Source: Patescibacteria group bacterium (GTDB lineage Bacteria; Patescibacteriota; Patescibacteriia; Patescibacteriales; UBA12075). Taken from it: a DNA stretch of 64,000 nucleotides. Both the position numbers and the translations under genes were made by a program. The stretch is from NCBI GenBank assembly GCA_018897195.1, contig JAHILH010000005.1, forward strand, positions 745 through 64,744. The letters run 5' to 3'. The notes under the pieces are model-generated. The model was not told the origin of the DNA. It saw nothing but the letters and a program-made list of their open reading frames with translations, and ran no database searches. Below, one piece after another: positions 58,525 through 64,000 of this stretch; within the stretch, counting starts at the first letter, position 1; each line of letters begins with the position of its first letter.

Positions 58525-59541
58525 TTAAAATAGTGCCTGTTGGTTATCACAAGCCGTTTCTTGTTTTTTTGCTGGCTTTATTTTATGCACAATTTGATCT
58601 TTGTTATAACTTTTTACCTCTTTTATATAAATACCTCTGTTCTGAAATACATTTCCCTTTAACTCTCCAGAAATATCGAAAACTATCCGCATATTATCCT
58701 TCACGGCAAATGCTCGCTCTTTGTTAGAAATTTGATCTTTAAAATCAGAATCTTGCATATAAAATTCAATATCATCACCATCTCTTAAAACAGATATTTC
58801 ATTATAAAAAATATTATCACCATAGTATGTGCCTCTCCATGGTATCCCCTTACCCTCTTTCTTCTGCCGAACTACTGGCGAAATTAACTCAACAACCCCC
58901 TCTATATTTTCTCTAAAATACTTAGCATCTAGAATTGGTTCAATATATTTAACAAAATCATTTCGCTCAATCATTTTAGAAAAAACTTGCTCACTTTGGG
59001 CATTCTTTAGAATGGTTTCGTTATTTTTTATCATACCATCCCTGTTAAGCGTATTATAAAAATTGTTTTTTCTTTTTTTTAAAATTATGTTTCCACAAAC
59101 CTCTAGAATCTTTTCTTGAGGAATGTTTTCTACTTCATAATTATTGTTTAAATCCTCTAATTGTTTCTGTAATTCTAAACATTTAACAGTATCATCGATA
59201 ACCCACAAGCGACTGTCGTGTATGTGCGTCTCATGCACATCTCTATAATTAAGGTAACCAAGAACCAAACCACCGATAGTCATAACTGTTCCGACGGACA
59301 CTCCTATTTTATTTTTTTTTACAAATTTTACAATGTCCTTATATGACCCTGGCTCAGGAGGTAACAGATAAATATTAAAAACATCGTCTGGAAATAAAAT
59401 TTCTGACATCTCGCGAATCATCACGACAAGATCTTCGGAGCATTTATTTCTAGTATCCGCCTTAATAAAATGCTCAGAAACTCCGAAATGCGTTTCGATT
59501 ATAATAAAATCTTCAATTTTAATCTCATCCAAATTCTTCAT
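58525..59541 (-). CDS. Hypothetical protein inside the R-M locus
   Basis: 338-aa AT-rich ORF; PPEPGS and Gly-rich hydrophobic segment. Confidence 0.7.
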   Translation of the reverse strand: MKNLDEIKIEDFIIIETHFGVSEHFIKADTRNKCSEDLVVMIREMSEILFPDDVFNIYLLPPEPGSYKDIVKFVKKNKIGVSVGTVMTIGGLVLGYLNYRDVHETHIHDSRLWVIDDTVKCLELQKQLEDLNNNYEVENIPQEKILEVCGNIILKKRKNNFYNTLNRDGMIKNNETILKNAQSEQVFSKMIERNDFVKYIEPILDAKYFRENIEGVVELISPVVRQKKEGKGIPWRGTYYGDNIFYNEISVLRDGDDIEFYMQDSDFKDQISNKERAFAVKDNMRIVFDISGELKGNVFQNRGIYIKEVKSYNKDQIVHKIKPAKKQETACDNQQALF

Positions 59542-59550
59542 ACGCCACTA

Positions 59551-60831
59551 TTACACAAACAATCCCTGCATCAACCCCTTCTTCCACCCCTCAGCCTTTG
59601 CGATCTGTTGTTGCTTAGATTCTATTAAGTTATCGATTGATGTTAAAAAATCAGCTATTTTTTGTTGTTCAAGAATAGATGGAAATGAAAATTTAATTTT
59701 AATCATTTGTGACACCTTAACACTTGGCTGAACACCACCCATTTCAATTCTTTTAAACTGATGATTATTTCTCTTTTCCGTGAGCAAATAAAACATGAAG
59801 TTAGGATTCTCATTTTTAAAACGAAGCCCTACGATATTTTGAGCGACAACAGATTGTTTATCTCCTCTATAACAAGAACATAACGCAGTCGCGCCAACAG
59901 TCGAAAACAAAATATCATTCGGTTGTAAATATTTTCTAAACCAACTACTGAATGTTTTTTCGCTTACATATTTACTAACCCTAGAATAGTCCACAAACTT
60001 TCCCCCTAAAGAATTTACCTCCAATAGGGGTATTCCAGATGATTCAATTGGTGGCGTCTTTCCGCGATTATCAATAACAATATTTAAAACATCGCCAAAT
60101 CTTTTCCTGCTCCACTCACCAAATATCAATCCGTCTTCGCCTATAAACCGAACCTCTTGCGAAAATATCTTCTTAATAATTCCTTTCCTATAACCAGCCA
60201 AAGCCTCTTTTTGCGCACGCAAATTTTCAATCCATCCATCTACTACCAAAAAATAGTTGGCAATTTTTTGTTGCTCTGACAAGGACGGAAATAAAACCCT
60301 CACAGAACCAAGATCATCTTGACCAATAGTTGTCATCGTTGCCGTCTTACCACGCGAAACTAATTGACGACGAATATTATTAATTTTCAGAAGTCTATCT
60401 AAAAACTTTGGAAATATCACACTACTATCAGGTCTCATTCTAATGATGTGTCCGTCAAATGTTATATCATTTTCATCACTGTTTAAAATGTTAGAATAAG
60501 CTATACCCTCCTTAACCAAAGATGACCGAGTAAAGAAAATATCCCCAGCAACAGCCTTGTTTCTATTAAATTCTTCACTACTCAACTCGACTCTTGTTAA
60601 ATTTTTGACATTAATCTCCGTCCCAGAATACATATCTTTAACATTAATAAGTCTATAACCCGATCCAACTTTGCCAGGATCATTAAATACACCATTACTA
60701 AAACCACCCAGTTTGAGATCTTTCAATCTCCTCTCATCCCATGCACCAAAAAAACCCGAAAATCTCAACTTCGGAATTCTTTGCGCTTCTGATTGTTTAG
60801 TTTTTATTGGCATATTATTTTTAGTTACCAA
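59551..60831 (-). CDS. hsdS: Type I R-M specificity subunit
   Basis: PKLRF; two TRDs each followed by PS..EQQKIA; KKGLMQ. Confidence 0.93.
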   Translation of the reverse strand: MVTKNNMPIKTKQSEAQRIPKLRFSGFFGAWDERRLKDLKLGGFSNGVFNDPGKVGSGYRLINVKDMYSGTEINVKNLTRVELSSEEFNRNKAVAGDIFFTRSSLVKEGIAYSNILNSDENDITFDGHIIRMRPDSSVIFPKFLDRLLKINNIRRQLVSRGKTATMTTIGQDDLGSVRVLFPSLSEQQKIANYFLVVDGWIENLRAQKEALAGYRKGIIKKIFSQEVRFIGEDGLIFGEWSRKRFGDVLNIVIDNRGKTPPIESSGIPLLEVNSLGGKFVDYSRVSKYVSEKTFSSWFRKYLQPNDILFSTVGATALCSCYRGDKQSVVAQNIVGLRFKNENPNFMFYLLTEKRNNHQFKRIEMGGVQPSVKVSQMIKIKFSFPSILEQQKIADFLTSIDNLIESKQQQIAKAEGWKKGLMQGLFV

Positions 60832-61451
60832 AGCTTGTTCTTCTCGTCTTTCAACGATCTCAATCGCTCTACGAGCTTATACACCAATGTTGACGGATCT
60901 CTTTTTATATAAGAAGAGACTCCTTGATCATTAAAATCTTTTTCCAGTCTTTTCGCATTTTTAATAGCCACCTGCTCCTTGTCTTTTACAAGTTCATAAA
61001 CATCGAAACTACTTTTCTTGTTATATTTTTTACCGAGTAGCTCTGACAACTTTTTCTCATACTGTCTTCGACCAATGGCAGTGTTTAAAAATTCAAAGTG
61101 AAGAATAAACCACAGCTCAAAACATTCATTGGAATAAGCCACATTTATACCATTATCTATAGCTAATTTTATAGATTTATCAAAATGCTCATGATCGTCC
61201 CTGTCAAAAACAACCCACCACTCAGTTGCAACATCTTCATCACTACCTTCCTCCTGTTTCATTTTAAGCACCGACTCTACCAATGGCAAAGTATGATCAC
61301 CAAGACCCCAAACAACTATATCAATCTCGCTCATTCGCAATTCATCCCTGATTGAATTAAAATATTTCGGCTCCGTGTTTATGCCCTCAGTAAAAATCTT
61401 AATAACTGTATGCGGTTTGCGAATATTTATTTTTCTTGGAAATTTAGACAT
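60825..61451 (-). CDS. rloB: RloB-family (TOPRIM-like) protein
   Basis: TEG..TEPKYF, WVVFDRD, SNECFELWFILHF, PST.VY.LV. Confidence 0.85.
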   Translation of the reverse strand: MSKFPRKINIRKPHTVIKIFTEGINTEPKYFNSIRDELRMSEIDIVVWGLGDHTLPLVESVLKMKQEEGSDEDVATEWWVVFDRDDHEHFDKSIKLAIDNGINVAYSNECFELWFILHFEFLNTAIGRRQYEKKLSELLGKKYNKKSSFDVYELVKDKEQVAIKNAKRLEKDFNDQGVSSYIKRDPSTLVYKLVERLRSLKDEKNKLW

Positions 61452-61454
61452 AAT

Positions 61455-62705
61455 CTATTTCTTAGTGCTATGAATAAAAGGCAATGCGCCAAATCGCCCT
61501 TCGAGATATTTCTTTGAAAATTCCGTATCATTTCTAATATCAAACTCAGCCAAAGAAAATAATTTAGCGGAACCGAATTCATCTTTCTCGGTAAACCAAA
61601 ACTGATCCTTAATAAACTCCCCTTTGTTTGCGAGCAGGCTGGTGTCATGTGTTGTAACGATAAGTTGGGCGTTGTTCTTGTTTATATCTTTTGACTCAAA
61701 GAGATTAACAATAAACTTGGTAAGTATCGGATGAAGACTATTGTCAAACTCATCAATAAACAAAACCTTGCCACCATCAAGCGTATCAATTATCGGACCA
61801 AGCGCGGAAAGAAACTTCTTTGTGCCTTCTGACTCTGCATCAATTAAAATCTCGAACGATCCTGATCTATTATTTTTGGCGTCATAAACTGGATGCTCAA
61901 AAAATAAAGCATTGCCCTTTTCTACTCGCTTCGTTGCAGAAAACCCCTCTTGACCATCTTTGATGTCAACAGCGCTAACATCAACCTCCTCCACTCTCCC
62001 ATTGGAAATGCAAAAATCAGCAGTCCTTAAATATTCAAGAATCTTTTCTTTGTAAACCGCATCCTCTTTAAACTTTTTCACGGTAAAGTTTTGATAATTT
62101 CCAGGTATAATTCCAGAGATAATATTTATACTCTTTAGAGCCTCTAAAAAATTTAAAGCGAGCGTGCTATTAAACTGAGCCGCCATTGATAAGAACAAAG
62201 TGTCCTTACGAGTTCTGTCGCGAATCATTTCAACATCTTTAAATTCTTTTCCAATTTTTATTTCTTGTTCGTTTCGCGAAATATACATTTTTACCGACCC
62301 AGACGACGATATCTTAACTAAATCCTCTGAGACAACACGATCATGCATGATTGAGAAATTATATCGATACGCCCCTTCATTAATTCCATCAATAGAAAAA
62401 ACTAACTCAAAAAAAATCGGACTTTCTCTGTTTTCCTTATTTCCCATAAAAGGAGAATAAGGAAGCATGGAATTCTCTTGTATATTTGCAGAAAATGATA
62501 CAATACTCTTAAAAAAAATAAGCGCCTCTAACAGTGTGCTTTTACCAGAAGCGTTTGGTCCATAAATAAACGATGTTTTAAGAAGATTCTCACCGTTATC
62601 TTTAAAGGTGTGCTTATCATTTTTCTGCGCAACTGTAGAAAAAGTAACCTTATTTTTAAAGGTTTTAAAATTTTGCACCGAAAACTCAATAATTGAAATT
62701 TGCAT
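61455..62705 (-). CDS. RloA-like AAA_21/ABC-type ATPase
   Basis: IYGPNASGKS, ESEGT signature, IDEFDNSLHP, QLIVTTHD, YLEGRFGALP. Confidence 0.88.
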   Translation of the reverse strand: MQISIIEFSVQNFKTFKNKVTFSTVAQKNDKHTFKDNGENLLKTSFIYGPNASGKSTLLEALIFFKSIVSFSANIQENSMLPYSPFMGNKENRESPIFFELVFSIDGINEGAYRYNFSIMHDRVVSEDLVKISSSGSVKMYISRNEQEIKIGKEFKDVEMIRDRTRKDTLFLSMAAQFNSTLALNFLEALKSINIISGIIPGNYQNFTVKKFKEDAVYKEKILEYLRTADFCISNGRVEEVDVSAVDIKDGQEGFSATKRVEKGNALFFEHPVYDAKNNRSGSFEILIDAESEGTKKFLSALGPIIDTLDGGKVLFIDEFDNSLHPILTKFIVNLFESKDINKNNAQLIVTTHDTSLLANKGEFIKDQFWFTEKDEFGSAKLFSLAEFDIRNDTEFSKKYLEGRFGALPFIHSTKK

Positions 62706-62842
62706 ATATTTTACATAATATTAATAATTACATATAAACATTATACATAAATTAATAAAAATTGCAAGTTTTTTACATTTTCTGTTATTTTAATCCATTT
62801 CTTTACCCTTGACTGATTATCTGAATAATATATAATATAAAT

Positions 62843-62891
62843 ATCAATACCTGTCACGCCTCTTAACAATGCGAAACCGACAGGTTTTTTT
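62843..62891 (+). ncRNA. Candidate ~45-nt small RNA (hairpin plus U-tract) with its own promoter
   Basis: TTGACT(62809)-16 bp-TATAAT(62831), then ACCTGTC-ACGCCTCTTAACAATGCGAAACC-GACAGGT-T6. Confidence 0.45.
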
Positions 62892-62895
62892 GCGT

Positions 62896-64000
62896 TTAGA
62901 ACGGCTTGCCAATTCCCAGCTCATCGCAAAACTCCGCAATCTTATTTTGCAAACCAATCTCATTAGCATTCAATTTCCTCAGGCTCTCTGCCACCGCTTC
63001 AATATCAATTACCTCCTCCTCTTCAAAAGTATCCACATAGCGTGGAATATTCAAATTGTATTCATTCTCACGAATCTCCTCCATTGTTGCCCGATGGGAG
63101 TATTTCTCGATCTCTTTGCGCTCTTTGTAGGTCACAAAAATCTTCGCAATGTTATCATCAGTCAATTTGTTTTGATTCTTTTCTTTTACAAAATCTTTAG
63201 ACGCATCAATAAACAGAATACCCTCGTCATCACGACGGCATTTCTTAAACACCAACACAGTAGCAGGGATTGAAGTGCCATAAAAAAGATTAGCGGGCAA
63301 ACCAATTACGGCATCGAGGTAGTTTTGTTTTTCAATGATATGCTTGCGAATATGCCCCTCAGCTCCAGAGCGAAACAAGGCGCCATGTGGTAACACAACA
63401 GCCATAGTGCCATTATCCGCCAAGTGGTAAAGCATGTGCGTCACAAAAGCGTAATCAGCCGCACTTTTTGGCGCTAGTCGTCCGTATTGTGAGAATCTGT
63501 CGTCATGAGCTAGTTGCGGATCAGTGTCGCCCTTCCATTGAGCCGAGAACGGTGGATTGGCTACTATTGCCTCAGCTTTAAGATCGGCGTGCATATCCTC
63601 TTTGAGCGTATCACCGTGGCGAATATCGAAATGGTCGAAGTGAACGCCATGCAAGATCATGTTCATGCGAGCCAAATTGTAAGTCGTTGGGTTTTGTTCT
63701 TGACCGAAATAACTAACCACATCAGTGTAGTCACCGATACGAAGCAAGAGTGAGCCAGAGCCACAAGTCGGATCATAGACAGACTTAATTCGTTTCTTGT
63801 CTTGAGACACAATCTGAGCCAACAGCCGAGAGATTTGGGCAGGGGTATAAAACTCACCGCCTTTCTTGCCAGCACCAGCAGCGAATTCGCCGATCAGGTA
63901 TTCATAGGCATCACCAAGTAAGTCACTCTTAGTGTCTTCCAGCTTGAAATCTATACCACTGAGCAAAGACAACACCTCAACTACCACTTCATTCTTTTGA
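62896..64000 (-). CDS. hsdM: Type I R-M methyltransferase subunit M (5' part outside window)
   Basis: GEFYTP, YDPTCGSGSLL, ANPPF, YNLNIPRYV. Confidence 0.95.
   Translation of the reverse strand, partial: QKNEVVVEVLSLLSGIDFKLEDTKSDLLGDAYEYLIGEFAAGAGKKGGEFYTPAQISRLLAQIVSQDKKRIKSVYDPTCGSGSLLLRIGDYTDVVSYFGQEQNPTTYNLARMNMILHGVHFDHFDIRHGDTLKEDMHADLKAEAIVANPPFSAQWKGDTDPQLAHDDRFSQYGRLAPKSAADYAFVTHMLYHLADNGTMAVVLPHGALFRSGAEGHIRKHIIEKQNYLDAVIGLPANLFYGTSIPATVLVFKKCRRDDEGILFIDASKDFVKEKNQNKLTDDNIAKIFVTYKERKEIEKYSHRATMEEIRENEYNLNIPRYVDTFEEEEVIDIEAVAESLRKLNANEIGLQNKIAEFCDELGIGKPF

Larger units (their letters stand above)
53401..64000. mobile_element. tRNA-integrated defence island (extends past window end)
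   Basis: att-like fragment followed by R-M and Abi-like genes; no integrase within the window. Confidence 0.6.

Noticed and set aside
1..64000. CRISPR array, rRNA, integrase/transposase, reverse transcriptase or DGR
   Set aside because: No regularly spaced repeats with unique spacers, rRNA-like sequence or such enzyme motifs seen; by-eye reading could miss a short template/variable repeat pair
1..64000. Alternative genetic code (UGA as Gly, as in Gracilibacteria/Absconditabacteria)
   Set aside because: Conserved genes are full length in code 11 and TGA serves as a stop, e.g. at 1028 and 57568

Overview
Low-GC bacterial chromosome segment in genetic code 11. Gene content (conserved VirB4/TraD-like ATPase with DUF11- and DUF4012-type neighbours, degenerate DHH protein, tRNA-Ile(UAU)) suggests a Patescibacteria/CPR genome of Parcubacteria type; this is inference. 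Positions 1-53.4 kb carry housekeeping genes (DEAD-box helicase, dnaX, corA, dus, rnpA, secA, hsp20, rarA, recG, P-type ATPase, trmH-family, rmuC), six tRNAs, many orphan single-gene units, and several families of short GC-rich palindromic repeats, one inserted in frame in recG. From a tRNA-Ser 3' fragment at 53.4 kb to the window end lies a defence island: a type I R-M system (hsdM, hsdS, hsdR) interleaved with an RloA/RloB-like ATPase-nuclease pair, two unknown genes and a NucS-like gene. Most notable unexplained signals: (1) a ~45-nt self-terminating RNA with its own promoter, divergent from rloAB; (2) a ~175-nt promoter-driven rod-shaped RNA resembling 6S RNA; (3) a ClpP-like gene split at a G11 tract; (4) two divergent GT-A-like homologues with SPE in place of DxD; (5) leaderless or SD-less conserved genes contrasting with strong-SD orphan genes. 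All calls come from reading the sequence by eye; no database searches or folding programs were run.
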